Source of the DNA: an uncultured Methanomicrobiales archaeon
Lineage (GTDB): Archaea; Halobacteriota; Methanomicrobia; Methanomicrobiales; Methanospirillaceae
Length of the DNA stretch: 22,482 nucleotides
Assembly (NCBI GenBank): GCA_963758915.1
Contig: CAVWXH010000004.1
Coordinates: forward strand, 1-22,482
Reading direction: 5' to 3'
Shown here: one piece after another, positions 1 through 7,430 of the stretch
Layout of the letters: every line of letters begins with the position of its first letter
Position numbering within the stretch: position 1 is the stretch's first letter
Made by a program: the position numbers and the translations under genes
The notes under the pieces: generated by a model
Told to the model about the DNA's origin: nothing
Seen by the model: the letters and a program-made list of their open reading frames with translations, nothing else
The model's database searches: none

Positions 1-115
1 CTGGCGGGATATCATGCATGGATGATTGAAACCCTCCTCTGCAGGGATGCCGGTGAACAGCCCCGGCCGGATTAAATCAATGGGCATATGAACCTGAATT
101 GCTGAATCAATTCAT

Positions 116-694
116 ATGAGATCCATTATTCTGACATTAGCCATCCTTGCACTGGTCCTTGCTATCGCCGGGGCCGGGTGTACTACGACGAATCCCCCGG
201 CCACCACACCAGCCGCAACACCAACGCTCTCTCCGACTGCCATCCCGACATCCACCATGACGGTGAAGCCCACGGCAAACCTTTCTGCCGATGAGCAGCG
301 GTTGTTCGCATTTGTCTCCGAGGGGGTCGTATACAGCCGTGAACACGGGAAGCAGGCCTCGCTCGCAGAATTCAATAACCCGAACGGCTCGTTCGTCCGG
401 GGAGACCTGTACATATTCGCAGCCGATTACAACGGGACATCCCTCGCATCCATTGCCCTGCCCCAGCGGGTGAATACGTCTTTCTACAACGATGTCGATG
501 TGACCGGCCAGTATTACATGCGGAACAAGATCAACATCTCACGGAGCGGCGGCGGGTTTATCGTCATCCATTTCCCGAATCCCGCCCATAACTTAACGCC
601 AGAACCGAAGCTCTGCTACGTGCACGATGTTGACGGGACCTACTGGATTGGGGCAGGCATGTATAACCAGTCAAACGTGATGGCCCGACAGTGA
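116..694 (+). CDS. Secreted/lipoprotein-like single Cache-domain protein (sCache_2-like)
   Basis: Hydrophobic N-terminus ending AGAGC, then a Thr/Pro linker. The rest is a Cache-like domain (EHGKQASLAEFNNPNGSFVRGDLYIFA...GGGF...PNP...KLCYV..VDGTYWIGAGMY) typical of Methanomicrobiales. Confidence 0.85.
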   Translation: MRSIILTLAILALVLAIAGAGCTTTNPPATTPAATPTLSPTAIPTSTMTVKPTANLSADEQRLFAFVSEGVVYSREHGKQASLAEFNNPNGSFVRGDLYIFAADYNGTSLASIALPQRVNTSFYNDVDVTGQYYMRNKINISRSGGGFIVIHFPNPAHNLTPEPKLCYVHDVDGTYWIGAGMYNQSNVMARQ

Positions 695-752
695 GACCTG
701 CTAACTGATGCTCCGCCTTGAGACCTGGAAGAATTGCCTGGAAGCAGGAAGA

Positions 753-777
753 CCGGCAGGTGTGGCCATCTGCCCGG
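753..777 (+). terminator. GC-rich hairpin downstream of the Cache gene
   Basis: CCGGCAGGTG-tggc-CATCTGCCCGG is an imperfect inverted repeat ~60 nt after the stop codon. Confidence 0.3.
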
Positions 778-949
778 CATTTCCCCTGCCACAAGTAAAC
801 CATCGGGGAGGAATATACAATATCCGGCAATTTAAGCCATTTTTTTTAAAAAATACCAGAATGCACCCGGGTAACATAGCAACAGGATAGTAACCGATGT
901 GAAAACCCTCCGCCCTGACAAAAAAGTCGATCAGGGAGGATTTCCAGAG

Positions 950-1200
950 GGACTTGTATTGCCCTGGGGTCCGGGGAAATGTTCGGGAAGATACCGGTTA
1001 AGGTCTCGCTGTTTTATTAAAAAGACAATACGATGGTGGATTATATTCCGGATGCCGAGTCGGTTAATGCTTTTACTGAGTGGATGAGCAGATTGATCAA
1101 GTCCATCCATGCTGAGCAGTTTGTGGCCTGTCCCGGACAGAACTGCAGATATTGTGAGGTTCCCTTTGTGAGGCACAGGAGAGGGATTTGGAAGTGACAG
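950..1200 (+). pseudogene. Remnant C-terminus of a PD-(D/E)XK nuclease domain (UvrD/AddAB/RecB-type helicase-nuclease, Cas4-like Cys tail)
   Basis: Manual translation from ATG 979 gives MFGKIPVKVSLFY*KDNTMVDYIPDAESVNAFTEWMSRLIKSIHAEQFVACPGQNCRYCE. It is preceded by out-of-frame DLYC (951) and followed by out-of-frame SLCEAQER (1161). In-frame TAA at 1018-1020. Confidence 0.6.
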
Positions 1201-1254
1201 GGCTGTCTTGTGATGGACTAGTCGCTTCATTACTTTTTTACTATGCGACTATTA

Positions 1255-1346
1255 CAACAACCCGTTCCAAATAATTCCATAACGTACGGGGCTGTTCTGG
1301 ATTAGCGTTTGTTTATCCCCCATAGCCCCGGCGTTTCGGGTTGTTG
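1255..1346. repeat. Nested inverted repeat / long stem-loop
   Basis: CAACAACCCG (1255-1264) pairs perfectly with CGGGTTGTTG (1337-1346) over 10 bp. Inner stem CGGGGCT (1287-1293) / AGCCCCG (1324-1330). Confidence 0.6.
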
Positions 1347-1454
1347 CACGGGTGTTCTGTAAGTAAACATGAACTCATACTTCGACGAGCCACCGGGCGT
1401 AGCTTCAGCCGCCCCAGCCGTTGATAATCCGCCGGATATCCCGGCTGCCACACA

Positions 1455-2201
1455 TCATCGCGCCATCAGCGCGAACACACCCCATCCAAGGTATTCACGC
1501 GTGTACGTTACGTAGCGTTTTGGTTCCAGCGTCAGTCTGGCTCTCACATCCTTCGCGAAGTCGTCGTCAGGATTCGCTTCGAGCCACCGGCGCATGGTGA
1601 GCCACTTGGCCGCTTCGTACCTGTCCCAGCCTTTCTGGTCAGCCAGGACCATTTCCACGACGTCGTAGTTGAGGTCGCCGAACGAGGCGATCAGTTCTGG
1701 CAGCATGAGAAAGTCGGAGATAGAACTGGCATCGCATCCCCTGGCAACGTCTTCTGTCTGGGGTAACCGCTGCCAGTATGGCTCGCCGATGAGGATGATC
1801 CCTCCGGAGCAAAGACTCTTCGCCAGAAGCTCAATGGTGCCGGCGACTCCCCCACCGATCCACGTGGCACCGAGACAGGCTGCCACACCCACCTTTTCGT
1901 CGGCGACGTAGCCGGCAGCGTCGCCGTGGATAAACTTGACCCGATCGGCGACTCCGAGTTCTTCAGCCCGGAGTCTCGCCTGCCCGGTGAACAACTGACT
2001 CATGTCGATGCCGACGCCGGTGATCCCGTGATCGCGTGCCCATGTGCACAGCATCTCGCCCGAACCGCTGCCGAGGTCGAGCACCCGGGTCCCTGGTTTC
2101 AGGCGCAACGCTGCACCGAGAGAGGCGAGATTTTCTGGTGTGAACGGGTTATGGATGCGGTGAGCACTTTCGGTAATGTTGAAGATACGTGGAATGTCCA
2201 A
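1455..2201 (-). CDS. yjhP: Class I SAM-dependent methyltransferase, YjhP family
   Basis: 248 aa, TTG start, motif I VLDLGSGSG. MDIPRIF..ES.HRIHNPFT and GWDRYEAAKWLTMRRWLEANPDDDFA match E. coli YjhP as I recall it. Confidence 0.9.
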   Translation of the reverse strand: MDIPRIFNITESAHRIHNPFTPENLASLGAALRLKPGTRVLDLGSGSGEMLCTWARDHGITGVGIDMSQLFTGQARLRAEELGVADRVKFIHGDAAGYVADEKVGVAACLGATWIGGGVAGTIELLAKSLCSGGIILIGEPYWQRLPQTEDVARGCDASSISDFLMLPELIASFGDLNYDVVEMVLADQKGWDRYEAAKWLTMRRWLEANPDDDFAKDVRARLTLEPKRYVTYTREYLGWGVFALMAR

Positions 2202-2502
2202 TTGTACAAACTCCTTTTACTAAATTGTGTAATAACCGGAATATATCCTTCGTGACGGTAGCAGATAACGGTTTTAAGTATCAGACCACAGGCTCACCGT
2301 TTTGAGTTGTTGCTTTAGCGTAAACCGGCGCGAGCAATTGGCCCGGGAAATTTTCTGCTACAACCGGAACCCGGCCAAAATTTTTTCCGGTTCATACCGG
2401 CCCCGTCGTCAATTTCCATAATTAAAGGCACTGACAAGCGGATGGAGCATGAAAAAAAGTAGGTATATCTCAATCACGCCCTATTATCTATAACGGTGAA
2501 TC

Positions 2503-3131
2503 ATGCGCACACTCTTTCTCTATATCCTCGATACCATGGCCGACTGGGAGCCGGGCCATGTTCTGGCCGACTCCGTTCCGGACGGTACCTGAAAGATCCG
2601 ACACTCAGGTATTCGGTTGTACTTTGCGGTAATACTTTAGACCCCGTCACCACCATGGGTGGGCTGTATTTGACACCCGAAGTCCTCATAACAGATATCT
2701 GCCCCGTCCCCGGCGACGTGCTCGTACTGCCGGGAGCAGATACCTGGCTTGATCCGGCACAGGCGCCCGCTCTCCGGGTGGCAGGCCGGTTGCTTGATGA
2801 AGGAGTACTTGTCGCTGCGATCTGCGGTGCGACGCTTGGCCTCGCAAACGCCGGCCTGCTGGACAAACGCCCGCACACCAGCAACGATCCTGCTGCCCTG
2901 AAAATGTTCTGCCCGAACTACCAGGGTGAGAATCATTATGTGAACGAACCCGCAGTGACTGACGGCAATCTCATCACCGCAAGTGGACTTGCACCCGCAG
3001 AGTTCGCGTACCATGTATTCCGGAGCCTGGACGTCATGGCACCTGCAACGCTCGAGGCCTGGCACGGGCTTTTCACCACCCGGAAGCCCGAATATTTCTA
3101 TGCCCTGATGGGGTCCCTGCCTCGCCGGTAG
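2503..3131 (+). CDS. DJ-1/PfpI family (type 1 glutamine amidotransferase-like) protein; one frameshift at ~2570
   Basis: GGTGA RBS precedes ATG 2503 (MRTLFLYILDTMADWEPGHVLA). One missing base at ~2570 joins this to LRSGRYLKDP...LVLPG...AAICGAT (catalytic Cys)...HTSN...VTDGNLITASG. Confidence 0.85.
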
Positions 3132-3170
3132 GGATTCATGGGCATGCGTGGAGGGCAAACCTCCGTCCAC

Positions 3171-3350
3171 TCAGTGATTGACGGACACGGAACCGGATTG
3201 GTACCGGACCCGTTGATTTACAAACACGGGCGAATCTCCCTCCGGAACACCAGGATAGTCTACCCTCCACTGGCTCACATATTCTTTAAACGCGATGACG
3301 GGCACATAACGGGGGATATCGGTCTTGAATTTTACATTGACCGGGAGGAA
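3171..3350 (-). pseudogene. Internal fragment of a tyrosine recombinase/integrase
   Basis: Stop-to-stop frame with no credible start: FLPVNVKFKTDIPRYVPVIAFKEYVSQWRVDYPGVPEGDSPVFVNQ. It resembles the KT..PRY...YL.QW..DYP..P.G...VF segment of methanogen XerC/D-like integrases (catalytic Lys hairpin). Confidence 0.6.
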
Positions 3351-3354
3351 CTAA

Positions 3355-3825
3355 TTATTTCTTTTTCCTCTGTACCGGCTTAGGTTCTGCCCTCATTTCA
3401 CAACATACTGCGTTCATCTGCCTGCAGCAGTCCTGGATCCCTTCGGAGTCAGCCTCGAATCTGACCACATTATCCCTTACAATCCCGATCTTTCCGGCAT
3501 CCTCAAACGCTTTCGGGTCTGCTGACAGGTAAACAAAGTTCCATTGGTCCTTTTCAATCTGATTCTTTATCATCGATTCAATCTGCGAGAGGTTGAATTC
3601 CGTGCTTGCATTTTCCTCCCCGTCGGTAAGGATGGCGACAATGACGTTATCCGGTATTTTTCTCTGGTCTTCGGTCTTACTTATCCGGCTTTTCACTTCG
3701 TTGATGGTCCGGCCGATTGCATTTGCTGCCCCCATAAGAAGGCGGCAATTGCCCCGGGGGTCTTCGTCCAAAGGCGGGACCCCTCCCCGCATGGGGATTT
3801 GCAGGCCCTGTTAAAAAGAGTGAAT
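3355..3825 (-). pseudogene. N-terminally truncated vWA-domain protein
   Basis: AIGRTI...VIVAILTDGEENASTEF...DQWNFVYLSA is the C-terminal half of a small vWA family. The N-terminal DxSxS MIDAS motif is missing and the upstream part (TLFN..., VPPLDEDPRG) is degenerate. Confidence 0.7.
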
Positions 3826-3829
3826 TGGG

Positions 3830-4994
3830 TTATCCCGGAAGGAGTGCCTTGCCCGACTGGTATTGGGAGCTCTTCGAGAATTGGCTGATGATGCCACTTG
3901 CCATTGATGTCTCGGAGTAGGAGAAATCAGATGCCTTCGACGGGGCGGCCGGAAGGAGATAATATCCGGATACTGGGGTTTCGAAGGGGATTTCTACCGA
4001 TACATTAGCAACGTTTTCACCCCGTGCTTCCTGGATATGTGCCTTGATGTAGGATGACACAGATCCAAGTGCCGGAGCTGTTGCACCATCGTTCATCGTA
4101 ATTCCCTTTACGTTGATTGCGTAGTTCTGGACAACAGGCATTGTCGCGTCCGTGCCCACAAACCTGTTATTCGCTGAAGTTACAACAGAACCGGTATTCA
4201 GTTGGTACGCAGTTACCCTGCTGGACGATATTACAATAAGCGGGTATGATATCAACCGGCTGATAGGAGAATGGACAAAGCATTCTGTCAGATGCAGACG
4301 TTGTATTACCTGCACCATCAATCAGGATATTTTCCGATCCGACCACCATCCCCCCTTCAGATGCTGTAATGAATTGCATGTTTGTCTTTGCATCGAGGTT
4401 ACTCTGGCCAATAACCTTGTTTCCAGTGTTGGTATTCATTGTTGCAAGGAAGGTGGTTTGTCCCCCGGTTGCCACAACATTCTTATCGTAGGTTGTCGTG
4501 TACCGGACTTCGCCAGGGTTGATTACGCCGGAATGAAGCCCTCCCTGGGTAGTCGCTACGGTGTAACTACCCAGATGGCCTGCAATAAAATCACTCCAGG
4601 TAACTCCCGGGTAACCCACAACCTCCTGGTTCAACATTGAATCTGGTATAGAAAACTGGGCATAAAGGCCTGGACCTGGCAGGATGGGATAGATCTGAAC
4701 CACCGAACCGCCGTTCGCAAGGACCTGGTTAGCAAGATCATCATGGAAATCGCTTAGCGAAACAAATCCAGGTGCTGACGTAACCGTTGTCATCCCTCCG
4801 GTACTCGTGGTAGTAGTCCAGGCAATCGCGTCGGTTTCAGTTATGGCCCCGACAACATTTGCCGAGGTTACCGTTGAAATTCCCTGGGTTTCGGGAGTTG
4901 CCGGAATGACCTGGTCTGCGAAGACGGTACCTGCGAATGCGACAAGGCATACTAATGTTATCAGGGCGAGAAAACTTGTTCTTCGGGACTTTAT
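3830..4994 (-). CDS. Secreted Methanomicrobiales cell-envelope protein, probable homolog of the Methanospirillum major sheath protein; ATA at the expected start, frameshift at ~4213
   Basis: GGAGGT RBS lies 7 nt before ATA (4994). A signal peptide ends VFA-D, followed by IPATPETQGISTVT, GEVRYTTTY, ENILIDGAG and LCPF...PAYCNIVQQG. Removing one base at ~4213 joins TAYQLNTGSV...HIQEARG...YSETSMASG...YQSG, giving ~387 aa. Confidence 0.6.
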
Positions 4995-5035
4995 AGTAAA
5001 TACCTCCTTTGGCTGGCCCGGGGCTCTCGAGGACG

Positions 5036-5095
5036 TCACCTGATGCCTGGCATGGAGAAGCCCGGAGTGCACGGATTAAAATTTCTCACCTGATG
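5036..5095 (-). promoter_or_regulatory. BRE-TATA promoter of the sheath-like gene flanked by a 10-bp direct repeat
   Basis: Minus strand GAGAAA-TTTTAATC at ~5088-5075. TCACCTGATG (+) occurs at both 5036-5045 and 5086-5095. Confidence 0.45.
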
Positions 5096-5269
5096 GGGAT
5101 ATCTAATGTTCGGTTTATGTTTTTAAGAAGGTCCAACCGGCCAGGGAGCATCGCGACGAAGTCTTGGCCGTCAGTATCACCCCGGAGCATTCTGAAAAAC
5201 CAGGGCATGATGTGAAGACGAGGAGGCCCGCAGTGAAGCGAAGCGGAATGAGGACACGAGGAGACAAAC

Positions 5270-5446
5270 ATTGCTGCCCGAACTCGAATGTGCGGCAATC
5301 AATGGTCCTCCTGCCCTCCGCTCCATGATTTCGCCGGGCGAAATTCTTTCGCGAAGCCGAAAGGGAGCGGACAGGAGGCACCGGTGGTGTGGCCCCGCCC
5401 TTTAGGCTTGGTAGGGCGGGGAGTGGGGGTGGGTCGGTCGCAGGGG
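5270..5446. other. Highly structured GC-rich non-coding element (hairpin, three-way junction, hairpin/G-tracts)
   Basis: Stems at 5270-5277/5292-5299; 5307-5324/5364-5378 enclosing 5328-5344 and 5346-5363; and 5393-5401/5413-5421. G-runs at 5414-5446. Confidence 0.6.
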
Positions 5447-5593
5447 CGATTGGATATGCGCTTCCGTGCATCAGATGAATAAATAATGAGAAAAATCTCT
5501 ATTCGACATGATATTTATAAGGAAAATATTTCGAAGAAAATATCGCTAAATTATGCTCCAATTCGCCATCGGATTGGAACACAGTCTCTTTTA

Positions 5594-5666
5594 AGCCTCA
5601 GCCGTGATTTGAACACGGGACCTGCTGATTACAAGTCAGCCGCTCTGCCAACTAAGCCACTGAGGC
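5594..5666 (-). tRNA. trnT: tRNA-Thr(UGU)
   Basis: GCCTCAG/CTGAGGC acceptor stem, D-arm, GCTGA-CT TGT AA-TCAGC anticodon arm, CCGTG-TTCAAAT-CACGG T-arm. No intron, CCA not encoded. Confidence 0.97.
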
Positions 5667-5732
5667 GCCATACTAAATTGTCATTGGTCGGTAAAAAAGG
5701 TGGTGCCTTGGAACACAACGGTGACACAGAAT

Positions 5733-5987
5733 TCATGAAGTTGTACCCCTGATCCATACCGGCTCTCCATCATACAGGATCCGGGTGATCCGGTGATAGG
5801 GGATGGCTGTTGTCCCAAACGGGGACTCCCGCTCGAAATAATAGGCATCCAGGTTTACAATCTGTCCCCCTGTCACAGAGGAGCGGTCATTCTGTGCCCC
5901 ACGGTCAATATACCAGACCTCCACACGGTCAAACGAGTACCGGGGATCGTGAAAATATTTCAGGAGCAGCGAATGGCTCGTCCTCAT
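5733..5987 (-). CDS. DUF504 / MJ1316-family (RNA repair domain) protein
   Basis: 84 aa with HDPRY, V.YIDRG and IPYHRI.RI.YDG..VW.R motifs. Confidence 0.85.
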   Translation of the reverse strand: MRTSHSLLLKYFHDPRYSFDRVEVWYIDRGAQNDRSSVTGGQIVNLDAYYFERESPFGTTAIPYHRITRILYDGEPVWIRGTTS

Positions 5988-6053
5988 CGTCCCTCATCAC
6001 CGTCCGGATACCCAGGTATTCTTGAGAGGCAGAGCAGGTATTGGTTCTTCCCA

Positions 6054-6447
6054 TCACGTTCGCGGGGTTTTACGGTATACCATGCCCTGGAAGATTGCAA
6101 TCTTCTCCCCGTTATCGTCTGTAACCGTCACGGTATAGGTAGCGATCTTCGGGCTGATCGAGAACTCCTCTGCATCTGCATACAGGGTCCCGCCAGTGGC
6201 TGACTTTACGTATGAGATATGGGCGTTGATGGCAGCTGCCGGGACCCCGCGTGAGTTGGAGGCGAGGGCGAACGCAGTATCGGCAAGGGTGAAAATGGCA
6301 CCGCCGTGCACGGTACCGTGGCTGTTCATATGCCGCTCTTCGACCTTCATCTGCACCCTGGCCTTACCATGCGAGACATCCAGGAGTTCGATCAGCTGCC
6401 TCTTTTGCCCATGTGTCCTTTTCAAAGAACGGGTCGGTGGAATTCAT
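6054..6447 (-). CDS. PaaI-family hotdog-fold thioesterase; frameshift at ~6395
   Basis: ATG 6447 (MNSTDPFFEKDTWAKEA). One extra base precedes IELLDVSHGKARVQM...HMNSHGTVHGGAIFTLADTAFALASN. Confidence 0.88.
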
Positions 6448-6620
6448 GCGGGTATCCTTCAGGTACACATGGGACGGGGGAGGGATGAAGGTTACGGGGA
6501 AATGGAAACAAAGGTCAGCAGCAAGGGTTAAGCCGGGTTTGAATAGTGGATCATTCCCCGTTTGTCCATACAAAAAAACAATAAAATACCTTTTTCATAC
6601 CACACGGGAATCACCATACC

Positions 6621-7430
6621 ATGAAACCACTCATTGCCCTGCCGGGAATACTCCTCATCCTCGCAATCCTGTTCACCGGCTGCACGACAGAAAAGCCGGG
6701 TGGAATACCCATACCTACGCCAATCGACACCACACCTGTCACCCCACCAGTGACATCCCCGGTAACATCTTTTGTAACAGGCACCGTTCTTCCACTTACA
6801 ACGCCAGCTCATGGGGACATTTCAATCCGGGTATCGCCTGAAAAGTACATTCCCCTGATGTCGTCCACGGTCGGGATCGGGCTGACCCCCCTCTATACCG
6901 GGACCGGCCCGGTAGTCTACAGCTGGAACACCAGTTATGGCTATTTCGTCAGCTGGAATGCCCCGGACTGGAAAGTTATCCAGCATAACCAAACCGTCGA
7001 TACCATGAACCAGACAATCTACTGGACATATTCGCCTGATGACATGGGAAAGGAGAAACCGCCCGTAACAATCCGCCTTATCATAAAAACACCTCCACGG
7101 ACCCATGGCGGGAACGGGACGATAGCCTGGAAGGACCTCCATATCAACTGGGAAAATACCGATACGGCGGTGATCGAACAGGCTGCATGCGGGATACAGA
7201 ACTGTCATGGCATGGAGATCAGTTGCGGCCCGGATGTCGTAGAAATGTGCACCATGGAGTACCAGCTGGGTGACAAGTGCCGGAGCCTCGCGTCATGCCA
7301 GAATATCAACGGGTCCTGCAGCGTGGTAAAACAGGAGGGATACACGAAATGCGTGTCATGCGTGGAGGAGTGCAACAGGACTGCCGGCACTGATCCAATG
7401 AAGGCATCCGGGTGCGAGAGCAGGTGTTAA
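6621..7430 (+). CDS. Lipoprotein-like surface protein with Thr/Pro linker, beta-rich middle domain and 12-Cys C-terminal domain
   Basis: Signal ending LFTGC, PVT repeats, and C-terminal CGIQNCHG..CG...C...C...C...C...CxxCxxxC...CxxxC. Confidence 0.75.
   Translation: MKPLIALPGILLILAILFTGCTTEKPGGIPIPTPIDTTPVTPPVTSPVTSFVTGTVLPLTTPAHGDISIRVSPEKYIPLMSSTVGIGLTPLYTGTGPVVYSWNTSYGYFVSWNAPDWKVIQHNQTVDTMNQTIYWTYSPDDMGKEKPPVTIRLIIKTPPRTHGGNGTIAWKDLHINWENTDTAVIEQAACGIQNCHGMEISCGPDVVEMCTMEYQLGDKCRSLASCQNINGSCSVVKQEGYTKCVSCVEECNRTAGTDPMKASGCESRC

Noticed and set aside
950-1200. Cas4/CRISPR interpretation of the nuclease relic
   Set aside because: No repeat-spacer array or other cas gene is in the window, and the Cys tail is shared with AddB/RecB-type domains.
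931-1230. 99-aa minus-strand ORF
   Set aside because: No recognisable motifs. It is the shadow of the + strand nuclease relic.
1393-1410. CCGGGCGTAGCTTCAGCC looks like a tRNA 5' end
   Set aside because: No anticodon arm, T-arm or acceptor partner follows.
1411-1425. GCCCCAGCCGTTGAT resembles the tRNA-Thr 3' end on the + strand (GCCTCAGCCGTGAT, 5595-5608), a possible att remnant
   Set aside because: Only ~14 bp with a mismatch and an indel. It lies within the yjhP downstream hairpin, and the nuclease relic falls outside it, so chance similarity is plausible.
2362-2392. 8-bp inverted repeat AACCGGAA/TTCCGGTT between divergent yjhP and DJ-1
   Set aside because: CCGG-containing palindromes are very frequent in this sequence and there is no independent support.
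5321-5345. Hammerhead ribozyme-like ATGA...GAAA inside the three-way junction
   Set aside because: The core reads CUCCAUGA rather than CUGANGA, and GAAA is base-paired in the stem, so the topology does not fit.
5009-5752. Several short ORFs over the structured element and the tRNA
   Set aside because: Low-complexity Pro/Gly/Arg translations with no RBS or family motifs, and one overlaps the tRNA.
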